This document shows positions 13,301 through 26,800 of a stretch of 64,000 bases of DNA, one piece after another. How positions within the stretch are numbered: the stretch's first letter is position 1; the number at the start of each line of letters is the position of its first letter. A model generated the notes under the pieces. The model did no database searches and was not told the origin of the DNA. It saw nothing but the letters and a program-made list of their open reading frames with translations. The position numbers were made by a program, and so were the translations under genes. This stretch comes from the human T2T-CHM13v2.0 reference genome, Homo sapiens: assembly GCF_009914755.1 (NCBI RefSeq), contig NC_060935.1. One strand, given 5' to 3'.

Positions 13301-14865
13301 GTAGATTCTGCAAGTGGATATTTGGACCACTTTGTGGCCTTCCTTCGAAACGGTTATATCTTCACATCAAACCTAGACAGAAGCATTCTCAGAATGTTTC
13401 CTGTGATGACTGCATTCAACGCACAGAGGTGAACAATCCTGCTGATGGAGCAGTTTTGAAACTCTCTTTCTTTGGAATCTGCAAGTGGATATGTGGACCT
13501 CTTTGAAGATTTCCTTGGAAACGGGTTCATCTTCACCTAAAAACTAAAGAGAAGCATTCTCAGAAACTGCTTTGTTATGTTTGTGTTCCACTTCAAGAAT
13601 TGAACTATCCTCTAGACAGAGCAGCTCTGAAACCCTCTTTTTCTAGAAACTACAAGTGGACATTTGGAGGGCTTTGAGGCCTGTGGTGGAAAAGGAAATA
13701 TCTTCACATAAAACCTAGATAGAAGCATTCTCAGAAACTAGTTTGTGATGATTGCATTCGACTCACAGTGTTGAACATTCCTATAGATAGAGCAGGTTGT
13801 AAACAATCTTTTTTTAGAATCTGCGATTGGAGATTTTGACTGCTTTGAGGCCTAATGTAGTAAAGGAAATAACTTCATCTAAAAACAAACGGAAGCATTC
13901 ACAGACAATTCTTTGTGATGATTGGATTGAACTAAGAGAGCTGAACATTCCTTTAGATGGAGCAGTTTCCAAACACAATTTCTGTAGTATCTGCAAGTGG
14001 ATATTTGGACCTCTCTGAGGATTTCGTTGGAAATGGGATAAACTTCCCAGAACTACACGGAAGCATTCTCAGAAACTTCTTTGTGATGTTTGCATTGAAC
14101 TCACAGAGTTGAACCTTGCTTTCATAGTTCAGCTTTCAAACACTGTATTTGTAGAATCTGCAAGTGGATATTTGGACCACTTTGTGGCCTTCCTTCGAAA
14201 CGGGTATATCTTCACATCAAACCTTGACAGAAGCATTCTCAGAATATTTCCTGTGATGACTGCATTCAACTCACAGAGGTGAACAATGCTGTTGATGGAG
14301 CAGTTTTGAAAATCTCTTTCTTTGGATTCTGCAAGTGGATATTTGGACTTCTTTGAAGATTTCGTTGGAAACGGGTTCATCTTCACAGAAAAACTAAACA
14401 GAAGCATTCTCAGAAACTGCTTTATGATGTTTGTGTTCCACTTCAGGAATTCAACTTTCCTCTTGACAGAGCAGCTCTGAAACCCTCTTTTTCTAGAATC
14501 TGCAAGTGGACCTTTGGTGGGCTTTGAGGCCTGTGGTGGAAAAGGAAATATCTTCACATAAAAACTAGATGGAAGCATTCTCAGAAACTACTTTGTGATG
14601 ATTGCACTCGACTCACAGAGTTGAACATTCCTATAGATAGAGCAGGTTGTAAACAATCTTTTTGTAGAATCTGCGATTGGAGATTTTGACTGCTTTGAGG
14701 CCTACTGTAGTAAAGGAAATAACTTCATCTAAAAACCAAACGGAAGCATTCACAGACAATTCTTAGTGATCATTGGATTGAACTCAGAGAGCTGAACATT
14801 CCTTTAGATGGAGCAGTTTCCAAACACACTTTCTGTAGAATCTGCAAGTGGATATTTGGACCTCT
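7386..14865 (+). repeat. Diverged pentameric (851-bp) alpha-satellite island, D11Z1-like, ~44 monomers
   Basis: AAACTTCCCAGAACTACACGG recurs every ~851 bp (b monomers start at 8109, 8960, 9811, 10662, 11513, 12364, 13214, 14064). Motifs such as CCTATAGATAGAGCAGGTTGTAAACAATC and GACAATTCTTAGTGATCATTGG are absent from the 12-mer and match my recollection of D11Z1 (family name not verified by search). Confidence 0.9.
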
Positions 14866-17800
14866 TCGAAGATTTCGTTGGAAATGGGATAAACTTCACA
14901 TAAAAGCTAAACCGAAGCATTCTCAGAAACTTCTTTGTGATGTTTGCATTCACCTCACAGAGTCGAACTATCCCTCTGATACAGCACCTTTGAAACGCTC
15001 GTTTTCTAGAATCTGCAGGTGGACATTTGGAGGGCTTTGTGGACTGTGGTGGAAAAGGAAATATCTTCTCATAAAAACGACATAGAAGCACTCTCAGAAA
15101 CGACTCTGTGATGATAGCATTCAACTCACAGAGTTGGACATTCATTCCTTTTGAGAGAGCAGTTTGGAAACACTCTTTCTGTCGAATCTGCAAGTGGAGA
15201 TTTGGACAGCTTTGAGGCCTATGGTAGTAAAGGGAAGAACTTCATATAAGAACTAGACAGTAGCACTCTCAGAAAATTCTTTGTGACGATGGAGTTTAAC
15301 CCAGAGAGCTGAACATTCGTTTTGATGGAGCAGTCTCCAAACACACTTTTGGTAGAATCTGCAAGTGGAAATTTGGACTTCTCCGAAGATTTCGTTGGAA
15401 AGGGGATAAACTTCCCAGAAGTAATCGGAGGCATTCTCCGAAACTTCTTTGTGATGTTTGCATTCAACTCACAGCGTTGAACCTTCCTTTCATAGTTCAG
15501 CGTTCAAACACTCTTTCTGTAGAATCTGCAAGTGGATATTTGCACCACTTTGTGGCCTTCCTTCGAAACGGGTATATCTTCACATCAAACCTAGACAGAA
15601 GCATTCTCAGAATGTTTCCTGTGAGGACTGCATTCAACTCACAGAGTTGAACAATCCTGTTGATGGAGCAGTTTCGAAACTCCCTTTCTTTGGAATCTGC
15701 AAGTGGATATGTGGACCTCTTTGAAGTTCTCGTTGGAAACGGGTTCATCTTCACATAAAAACTAAACAGAAGCATTCTCAGAAACTACTTTGTGATGTTT
15801 GTGTTCAACTTCCGGAATTGAACTTTCCTCTGCAAAGAGCAGCTATGAAACGCTCTTTTTCTAGAATCTGCAAGTGGACATTTGGAGGGCTTTGAGGCCT
15901 GCGGTGGAAAGGGAAATATCTTCACATGAAAACTAGATAGAAGCATTCTCAGAAACCACTTTGGGATGACTGCATCGGACTCACAGAGTTGGACATTCCT
16001 ATGGATAGAACAGTTTGTAAACACTCTTTTTGTAGAATCTGCAATTGGAGATTTGGACGGCTTTGAGACCTACGGAAGTAAAGTAAATAACTTCACATAA
16101 AAACCAAACGGAAGCATTCACAGAAAATTCTTTGCGATGATTGTATTTAACTGAGAGAGCTGAACATTCCTTTAGATGGAGCAGTTTCCAAACACACTTT
16201 TTGTAGGATCTGCAGGTGGATATTCGGACCTCTCTGAGGATTGCGTTGGAAACGGGATAAACTTCCCAGAACTACACGGAAGCATTCTCCGAAACTTCTT
16301 TCTGATGTTTGCATACAACTCACAGAGTTGAACCTTCCTTTCATAGTTCAGCTTTGAGACAGTCTTTTGGTAGAATCTGCAGGTGGATATTTGGACCACT
16401 GTGAGGCCTTCGTTCGAAACTGGTATACCTTCATGTAAAAACTCAAGAGAAGCATTCTCAGAAACTTCTGTGTGATGATTGCATTCAGGTCACAGAGTTG
16501 AACCCTCCATTTGATTGAGCAGTTTGGAAACTCTCTTTTTGTAGAATCTGTAAGAGGATATGCGGACTTCTTTGAAGATTTCTTTGGAAACGGGAATATC
16601 TTCACAGAAAAACTAAACTGAAGCATTCTCACAAACTTCTTTGTGATGTTTGTGTTCGAGTCACACAGTTTAACCTCGCTTTTCACAGAGCGGTTTTGAG
16701 ACACTCCTTTCGTAGAATCTGCAAGTGGACATGTGGAGCGCTTCCAGGCCTGTGGTGGAAAAGGAAACATCTTCACATAAGAAATAGAGAGAAGCATTGT
16801 AAGAAACATCTTTGTGGTGATTGCATTCAACTCACAGAGTTGAAGATTCCGTTTCAAACAGCAGTTTCGAAACAGTCTTTCTGTGGGATCGGCCCGTGGA
16901 TATTTGGACCTCTTCGAAGATTTCGTTCAAAATGGGATAAACTTCACATAAAAGCTAAACCGAAGCATTCTCAGAAACTTCTTTGTGATGTTTGTGTTCG
17001 AGTCACACAGTTTAACCTCGCTTTTCACAGAGCGGTTTTGAGACACTCCTTTCGTAGAATCTGCAAGTAGACATGTGGAGCGCTTCCAGGCCTGTGGTGG
17101 AAAAGGAAACATCTTCACATAAGAACTAGAGAGAAGCATTGTCAGAAACTTCTTTGTGGTGATTGCATTCAACTCACAGAGTTGAAGATTCCGTTTGAAA
17201 CAGCAGGTTCGAAACAGTCTTTCTGTGGGATCGGCCCGTGGATATTTGGACCTCTTCGAAGATTTCGTTGGAAATGGGATAAACTTCACATAAAAGCTAA
17301 ACCGAAGCATTCTCAGAAACTTCTTTGTGATGTTTGCATTCACCTCACAGAGTCGAACTTTCCCTCTGATACAGCACCTTTGAAACGCTCGTTTTCTAGA
17401 ATCTGCAGGTGGACATGTGGAGGGCTTTGTGGACTGTGGTGGAAAAGGAAATATCTTCTCATAAAAACGACATAGAAGCACTCTCAGAAACGACTCTGTG
17501 ATGATAGCATTCAACTCACAGAGTTGGACATTCATTCCTTTTGAGAGAGCAGTTTGGAAACACTCTTTCTGTCGAATCTGCAAGTGGAGATTTGGACCGC
17601 TTTGAGGCCTATGGTAGTAAAGGGAAGAACTGCATATAAGAACTAGACAGTAGCACTCTCAGAAAATTCTTTGTGACGATGGAGTTTAACCCAGAGAGCT
17701 GAACATTCGTTTTGATGGAGCAGTCTCCAAACACACTTTTGGTAGAATCTGCAAGTGGAAATTTGGACTTCTCCGAGGATTTCGTTGGAAAGGGGATAAA

Positions 17801-20800
17801 CTTCCCAGAAGTAATCGGAGGCATTCTCCGAAACTTCTTTGTGATGTTTGCATTCAACTCACAGCGTTGAACCTTCCTTTCATAGTTCAGCGTTCAAACA
17901 CTCTTTCTGCAGAATCTGCAAGTGGATATTTGCACCACTTTGTGGCCTTCCTTCGAAACGGGTATATCTTCACATCAAACCTAGACAGAAGCATTCTCAG
18001 AATGTTTCCTGTGAGGACTGCATTCAACTCACAGAGTTGAACAATCCTGTTGACGGAGCAGTTTCGAAACTCCCTTTCTTTGGAATCTGCAAGTGGATAT
18101 GTGGACCTCTTTGAAGTTTTCGTTGGAAACGGGTTCATCTTCACATAAAAACTAAACAGAAGCATTCTCAGAAACTACTTTGTGATGTTTGTGTTCAACT
18201 TCCGGAATTGAACTTTCCTCTGGAAAGAGCAGCTATGAAACGCTCTTTTTCTAGAATGTGCAAGTGGACATTTGGAGGGCTTTGAGGCCTGCGGTGGAAA
18301 GGGAAATATCTTCACATGAAAACTAGATAGAAGCATTCTCAGAAACCACTTTGGGATGACTGCATCGGACTCACAGAGTTGGACATTCCTATGGATAGAA
18401 CAGTTTGTAAACACTCTTTTTGTAGAATCTGCAATTGGAGATTTGGACGGCTTTGAGACCTACGGAAGTAAAGGAAATAACTTCACATAAAAACCAAACG
18501 GAAGCATTCACAGAAAATTCTTTGCGATGATTGTATTTAACTGAGAGAGCTGAACATTCCTTTAGATGGAGCAGTTTCCAAACACACTTTTTGTAGGATC
18601 TGCAGGTGGATATTCGGACCTCTCTGAGGATTGCGTTGGAAACGGGATAAACTTCCCAGAACTACACGGAAGCATTCTCCGAAACTTCTTTGTGATGTTT
18701 GCATACAACTCACAGAGTTGAACCTTCCTTTCATAGTTCAGCTTTGAGACACTCTTTTGGTAGAATCTGCAGGTGGATATTTGGACCACTGTGAGGTCTT
18801 CGTTCGAAACGGGTACACCTTCACGTAAAAACTCAAGAGGAGCATTCTCAGAAACTTCTGTGTGATGATTGCATTCAGGTCACAGAGTTGAACCCTCCAT
18901 TTGATTGAGCAGTTTGGAAACTCTCTTTTTGTAGAATCTGTAAGAGGATATGCGGACTTCTTTGAAGATTTCTTTGGAAACGGGAATATCTTCACAGAAA
19001 AACTAAACTGAAGCATTCTCGCAAACTTCTTTGTGATGTTTGTGTTCGGGTCACACAGTTTAACCTCGCTTTTCACAGAGCGGTTTTGAGACACTCCTTT
19101 CGTAGAATCTGCAAGTGGACATGTGGAGCGCTTCCAGGCCTGTGGTGGAAAAGGAAACATCTTCACATAAGAACTAGAGAGAAGTATTGTCAGAAACGTC
19201 TTTGTGATGATTGCATTCAACTCACAGAGTTGAAGATTCCGTTTGAAACAGCAGTTTCGAAACACTCTTTCTGTGGGATCGGCCAGTGGATATTTGGACC
19301 TCTTCGAAGATTTCGTTGGAAATGGGATAAACTTCACATAAAAGCTAAACCGAAGCATTCTCAGAAACTTCTTTGTGATGTTTGCATTCACCTCACAGAG
19401 TCGAACTTTCCCTCTGATACAGCACCTTTGAAACGCTCGTTTGCTAGAATCTGCAGGTGGACATTGGGAGGGCTTTGTGGACTGTGGTGGAAAAGGGAAT
19501 ATCTTCTCATAAAAACTACATAGAAGCACTCTCAGAAACGACTCTGTGATGATAGCATTCAACTCACAGAGTTGGACATTCATTCCTTTTGAGAGAGCAG
19601 TTTGGAAACACTCTTTCTGTCGAATCTGCAAGTTGGAGATTTGGACCGCTTTGAGGCCTATGGTAGTAAAGGGAAGAACTTCATATAAGAACTAGACAGT
19701 AGCACTCTCAGAAAATTCTTTGTGACGATGGAGTTTAACTCAGAGAGCTGAACATTCGTTTTGATGGAGCAGTTTCCAAACACACTTTTGGTAGAATCTG
19801 CAAGTGTAAATTTGGACTTCTCTAAGGATTTCGTTGGAAAGGGGATAAACTTCCCAGAAGTAATCGGAAGCATTCTCCGAAACTTCTTTGTGATGTTTGC
19901 ATTCAACTCACAGGCTGAACCTTCGTTTCATAGTTCAGCTTTCAAACACTCTTTCTGTAGAATCTGCAAGTGGATATTTGCACCACTTTGTGGTCTTCCT
20001 TCGAAACGGGTATATCTTCACATCAAACCTAGACAGAAGCATTCTCAGAATGTTTCCTGTGAGGACTGCATTCAACTCACAGAGTTGAACAATCCTGTTA
20101 ATGGAGCAGTTTTGAAACTCCCTTTCTTTGGAATCTGCAAGTGGATATGTGGACCTCTTTGAAGATTCCGTTGGAAACGGGTTCATCTTCACATAAAAAC
20201 TAAACAGAAGCATTCTCAGAAACTACTTTGTGATGTTTGTGTTCAACTTCCGGAATTGAACTTTCCTCTGGAAAGAGCAGCTATGAAACGCTCTTTTTCT
20301 AGAATGTGCAAGTGGACATTTGGAGGGCTTTGAGGCCTGCGGTGGAAAGGGAAATATCTTCACATGAAAACTAGATAGAAGCATTCTCAGAAACCACTTT
20401 GGGATGATTGCATCGGACTCACAGAGTTGGACATTCCTATGGATAGAACAGTTTGTAAACACTCTTTTTGTAGAATCTGCAATTGGAGATTTGGACGGCT
20501 TTGAGGCCTACGGAAGTAAAGGAAATAACTTCACAGAAAAACCAAACGGAAGCATTCACAGAAAATTCTTTGCGATGATTGTATTTAACTGAGAGAGCTG
20601 AACATTCCTTTAGATGGAGCAGTTTCCAAACACACTTTTTGTAGGATCTGCAGGTGGATATTCGGACCTCTCTGAGGATTGCATTGGAAACGGGATAAAC
20701 TTCCCAGAACTACACGGAAGCATTCTCCGAAAGTTCTTTGTGATGTTTGCATACAACTCACAGAGTTGAACCTTCATTTCATACTTCAGCTTTGAGACAC

Positions 20801-23800
20801 TCTTTTGGTAGAATCTGCAGGTGGATATTTGGACCACTGTGAGGCCTTCGTTCGAAACGGGTACACCTTCACGTAAAAACTCAAGAGGAGCATTGTCAGA
20901 AACTTCTGTGTGATGATTGCATTCAGGTCACAGAGTTGAACCCTCCATTTGATTGAGCAGTTTGGAAACTCTCTTTTTGTAGAATCTGTAAGAGGATATG
21001 CGGACTTCTTTGAAGATTTCTTTGAAAACGGGAATATCTTCACAGAAAAACTAAACTGAAGCATTCTCGCAAACTTCTTTGTGATGTTTGTGTTCGGGTC
21101 ACACAGTTTAACCTCGCTTTTCACAGAGCGGTTTTGAGACACTCCTTTCGTAGAATCTGCAAGTGGACATGTGGAGGGCTTCCAGGCCTGTGGTGGAAAA
21201 GGAAACATCTTCATATAAGAACTAGAGAGAAGCATTGTCAGAAACTTCTTTGTGATGATTGCATTCAACTCGCAGAGTTGAAGATTCCGTTTGAAACAGC
21301 AGTTTCGAAACACTCTTTCTGTGGGATCGGCCAGTGGATATTTGGACCTCTTTGAAGATTTCGTTGGAAATGGCATAAACTTCACATAAAAGCTAAACCG
21401 AAGCATTCTCAGAAACTTCTTTGTGATGTTTGCATTCACCTCACAGAGTCGAACTTTCCCTCTGATACAGCACCTTTGAAATGCTCATTTTCTAAAATCT
21501 GCAGGTGGACATTGGGAGGGCTTTGTGGACTGTGGTGGAAAAGGGAATATCTTCTCATAAAAACGACATAGAAGCACTCTCAGAAACGACTCTGTGATGA
21601 TAGCATTCAACTCACAGAGTTGGACATTCATTCCTTTTGAGAGAGCAGTTTGGAAACACTCTTTCTGTTGAATCTACAAGTGGAGATTTGGACCGCTGTG
21701 AGGCCTATGGTAGTAAGGGGAAGAACTTCATATAAGAACTAGACAGTAGCACTCTCAGAAAATTCTTTGTGACGATGGAGTTTAACTCAGAGAGCTGAAC
21801 ATTCGTTTTGATGGAGCAGTTTCCAAACACACTTTCTGTAGAATCTGCAAGTGTAAATTTGGACTTCTCTGAGGATTTCGTTGGAAAGGGGATAAACTTC
21901 CCAGAAGTAATCGGAAGCATTCTCCGAAATTTCTTTGTGATGTTTGCATTCAACTCACAGTGTTGAACATTCCTTTCATAGTTCAGCTTTCAAACACTCT
22001 TTCTGTAGAATCTGCAAGTGGATATTTGCACCACTTGGTGGCCTTCCTTCGAAACGGGTATATCTTCACATCAAACCTAGACAGAAGCATTCTCAGAATG
22101 TTTCCTGTGAGGACTGCATTCAACTCACAGAGTTGAACAATCCTGTTGACGGAGCAGTTTTTAAACTCCCTTTCTTTGGAATCTGCAAGTGGATATGTGG
22201 ACCTCTTTGAAGATTTCGTTGGAAACGGGTTCATCTTCACATAAAAACTAAACAGAAGCATTCTCAGAAACTACTTTGTGATGTTTGTGTTCAACTTCCG
22301 GAATTGAACTTTCCTCTGGAAAGAGCAGCTATGAAATGCTCTTTTTCTAGAATGTGCAAGTGGACATTTGGAGGGCTTTGAGGCCTGCGGTGGAAAGGGA
22401 AATATCTTCACATGAAAACTAGATAGAAGCATTCTCAGAAACCACTTTTTGATGATTGCATCGGACTCACAGAGTTGGACATTCCTATGGGTAGAACAGT
22501 TTGTAAACACTCTTTTTGTAGAATCTGCAATTGGAGATTTGGACGGCTTTGAGGCCTACGGAAGTAAAGGAAATAACTTCACATAAAAACCAAACGGAAG
22601 CATTCACAGAAAATTCTTTGCGATGATTGTATTTAACTGAGAGAGCTGAACATTCCTTTAGATGGAGCAGTTTCCAAACACACTTTTTGTAGGATCTGCA
22701 GGTGGATATTCGGACCTCTCTGAGGATTGCGTTGGAAACGGGATAAACTTCCCAGAACTACACGGAAGCATTCTCCGAAACTTCTTTGTGATGTTTGCAT
22801 ACAACTCACAGAGTTGAACCTTCCTTTCATAGTTCAGCTTTGAGACACTCTTTTGGTAGAATCTGCAGGTGGATATTTGGACCACTGTGAGGCCTTCGTT
22901 CGAAACAGGTACACCTTCACGTAAAAACTCAAGAGGAGCATTCTCAGAAACTTCTGTGTGATGATTGCATTCAGGTCACAGAGTTGAACCCTCCATTTGA
23001 TTGAGCAGTTTGGAAACTCTCTTTTTGTAGAATCTGTAAGAGGATATGCGGACTTCTTTGAAGATTTCTTTGGAAACGGGAATATCTTCACAGAAAAACT
23101 AAACTGAAGCATTCTCGCAAACTTCTTTGTGATGTTTGTGTTCGGGTCACACAATTTAACCTCGCTTTTCACAGAGCGGTTTTGAGACACTCCTTTCGTA
23201 GAATCTGCAAGTGGACATGTGGAGCGCTTCCAGGCCTGTGGTGGAAAAGGAAACATCTTCACATAAGAACTAGGGAGAAGTATTGTCAGAAACGTCTTTG
23301 TGATGATTGCATTCAACTCACAGAGTTGAAGATTCCGTTTGAAACAGCAGTTTCGAAACACTCTTTCTGTGGGATCGGCCAGTGGATATTTGGACCTCTT
23401 CGAAGATTTCGTTGGAAATGGGATAAACTTCACATAAAAGCTAAACCGAAGCATTCTCAGAAACTTCTTTGTGATGTTTGCATTCACCTCACAGAGTCGA
23501 ACTTTCCCTCTGATACAGCACCTTTGAAACGCTCGTTTGCTAGAATCTGCAGGTGGACATTGGGAGGGCTTTGTGGACTGTGGTGGAAAAGGGAATATCT
23601 TCTCACAAAAACTACATAGAAGCACTCTCAGAAACGACTCTGTGATGATAGCATTCAACTCACAGAGTTGGACATTCATTCCTTTTGAGAGAGCAGTTTG
23701 GAAACACTCTTTCTGTCGAATCTGCAAGTGGAGATTTGGACCGCTTTGAGGCCTATGGTAGTAAAGGGAAGAACTTCATATAAGAACTAGACAGTAGCAC

Positions 23801-26800
23801 TCTCAGAAAATTCTTTGTGACGATGGAGTTTAACTCAGAGAGCTGAACATTCGTTTTGATGGAGCAGTTTCCAAACACACTTTTGGTAGAATCTGCAAGT
23901 GTAAATTTGGACTTCTCTAAGGATTTCGTTGGAAAGGGGATAAACTTCCCAGAAGTAATCGGAAGCATTCTCCGAAACTTCTTTGTGATGTTTGCATTCA
24001 ACTCACAGGCTGAACCTTCGTTTCATAGTTCAGCTTTCAAACACTCTTTCTGTAGAATCTGCAAGTGGATATTTGCACCACTTTGTGGCCTTCCTTCGAA
24101 ACGGGTATATCTTCACATCAAACCTAGACAGAAGCATTCTCAGAATGTTTCCTGTGAGGACTGCATTCAACTCACAGAGTTGAACACTCCTGTTGATGGA
24201 GCAGTTTTGAAACTCCCTTTCTTTGGAATCTGCAAGTGGATATGTGGACCTCTTTGAAGATTTCGTTGGAAACGGGTTCATCTTCACATAAAAACTAAAC
24301 AGAAGCATTCTCAGAAACTACTTTGTGATGTTTGTGTCCAACTTCCGGAATTGAACTTTCCTCTGGAAAGAGCAGCTATGAAACGCTCTTTTTCTAGAAT
24401 GTGCAAGTGGACATTTGGAGGGCTTTGAGGCCTGCGGTGGAAAGGGAAATATCTTCACATGAAAACTATATAGAAGCATTCTCAGAAACCACTTTTTGAT
24501 GATTGCATCGGACTCACAGAGTTGGACATTCCTATGGATAGAACAGTTTGTAAACACTCTTTTTGTAGAATCTGCAATTGGAGATTTGGACGGCTTTGAG
24601 GCCTACGGAAGTAAAGGAAATAACTTCACATAAAAACCAAATGGAAGCATTCACAGAAAATTCTTTGCGATGATTGTATTTAACTGAGAGAGCTGAACAT
24701 TCCTTTAGATGGAGCAGTTTCCAAACACACTTTTTGTAGGATCTGCAGGTGGATATTCGGACCTCTCTGAGGATTGTGTTGGAAACAGGATAAACTTCCC
24801 AGAACTACACGGAAGCATTCTCCGAAACTTCTTTGTGATGTTTGCATACAACTCACAGAGTTGAACCTTCCTTTCATACTTCAGCTTTGAGACACTCTTT
24901 TGGTAGAATCTGCAGGTGGATATTTGGACCACTGTGAGGTCTTCGTTCGAAACGGGTACACCTTCACGTAAAAACTCAAGAGGAGCATTCTCAGAAACTT
25001 CTGTGTGATGATTGCATTCAGGTCACAGAGTTGAACCCTCCATTTGATTGAGCAGTTTGGAAACTCTCTTTTTGTAGAATCTGTAAGAGGATATGCGGAC
25101 TTCTTTGAAGATTTCTTTGGAAACGGGAATATCTTCACAGAAAAACTAAACTGAAGCATTCTCGCAAACTTCTTTGTGATGTTTGTGTTCGGGTCACACA
25201 GTTTAACCTCGCTTTTCACAGAGCGGTTTTGAGACACTCCTTTCGTAGAATCTGCAAGTGGACATGTGGAGCGCTTCCAGGCCTGTGGTGGAAAAGGAAA
25301 CATCTTCACATAAGAACTAGAGAGAAGTATTGTCAGAAACTTCTTTGTGATGATTGCATTCAACTCACAGAGTTGAAGATTCCGTTTGAAACAGCAGTTT
25401 CGAAACACTCTTTCTGTGGGATCGGCCAGTGGATATTTGGACCTCTTCGAAGATTTCGTTGGAAATGGGATAAACTTCACATAAAAGCTAAACCGAAGCA
25501 TTCTCAGAAACTTCTTTGTGATGTTTGCATTCACCTCACAGAGTCGAACTTTCCCTCTGATACAGCACCTTTGAAACGCTCGTTTGCTAGAATCTGCAGG
25601 TGGACATTGGGAGGGCTTTGTGGACTGTGGTGGAAAAGGGAATATCTTCTCACAAAAACTACATAGAAGCACTCTCAGAAACGACTCTGTGATGATAGCA
25701 TTCAACTCACAGAGTTGGACATTCATTCCTTTTGAGAGAGCAGTTTGGAAACACTCTTTCTGTCGAATCTGCAAGTGGAGATTTGGACCGCTTTGAGGCC
25801 TATGGTAGTAAAGGGAAGAACTTCATATAAGAACTAGACAGTAGCACTCTCAGAAAATTCTTTGTGACGATGGAGTTTAACTCAGAGAGCTGAACATTCG
25901 TTTTGATGGAGCAGTTTCCAAACACACTTTTGGTAGAATCTGCAAGTGTAAATTTGGACTTCTCTAAGGATTTCGTTGGAAAGGGGATAAACTTCCCAGA
26001 AGTAATCGGAAGCATTCTCCGAAACTTCTTTGTGATGTTTGCATTCAACTCACAGGCTGAACCTTCGTTTCATAGTTCAGCTTTCAAACACTCTTTCTGT
26101 AGAATCTGCAAGTGGATATTTGCACCACTTTGTGGCCTTCCTTCGAAACGGGTATATCTTCACATCAAACCTAGACAGAAGCATTCTCAGAATGTTTCCT
26201 GTGAGGACTGCATTCAACTCACAGAGTTGAACACTCCTGTTGATGGAGCAGTTTTGAAACTCCCTTTCTTTGGAATCTGCAAGTGGATATGTGGACCTCT
26301 TTGAAGATTTCGTTGGAAACGGGTTCATCTTCACATAAAAACTAAACAGAAGCATTCTCAGAAACTACTTTGTGATGTTTGTGTCCAACTTCCGGAATTG
26401 AACTTTCCTCTGGAAAGAGCAGCTATGAAACGCTCTTTTTCTAGAATGTGCAAGTGGACATTTGGAGGGCTTTGAGGCCTGCGGTGGAAAGGGAAATATC
26501 TTCACATGAAAACTATATAGAAGCATTCTCAGAAACCACTTTTTGATGATTGCATCGGACTCACAGAGTTGGACATTCCTATGGATAGAACAGTTTGTAA
26601 ACACTCTTTTTGTAGAATCTGCAATTGGAGATTTGGACGGCTTTGAGGCCTACGGAAGTAAAGGAAATAACTTCACATAAAAACCAAATGGAAGCATTCA
26701 CAGAAAATTCTTTGCGATGATTGTATTTAACTGAGAGAGCTGAACATTCCTTTAGATGGAGCAGTTTCCAAACACACTTTTTGTAGGATCTGCAGGTGGA

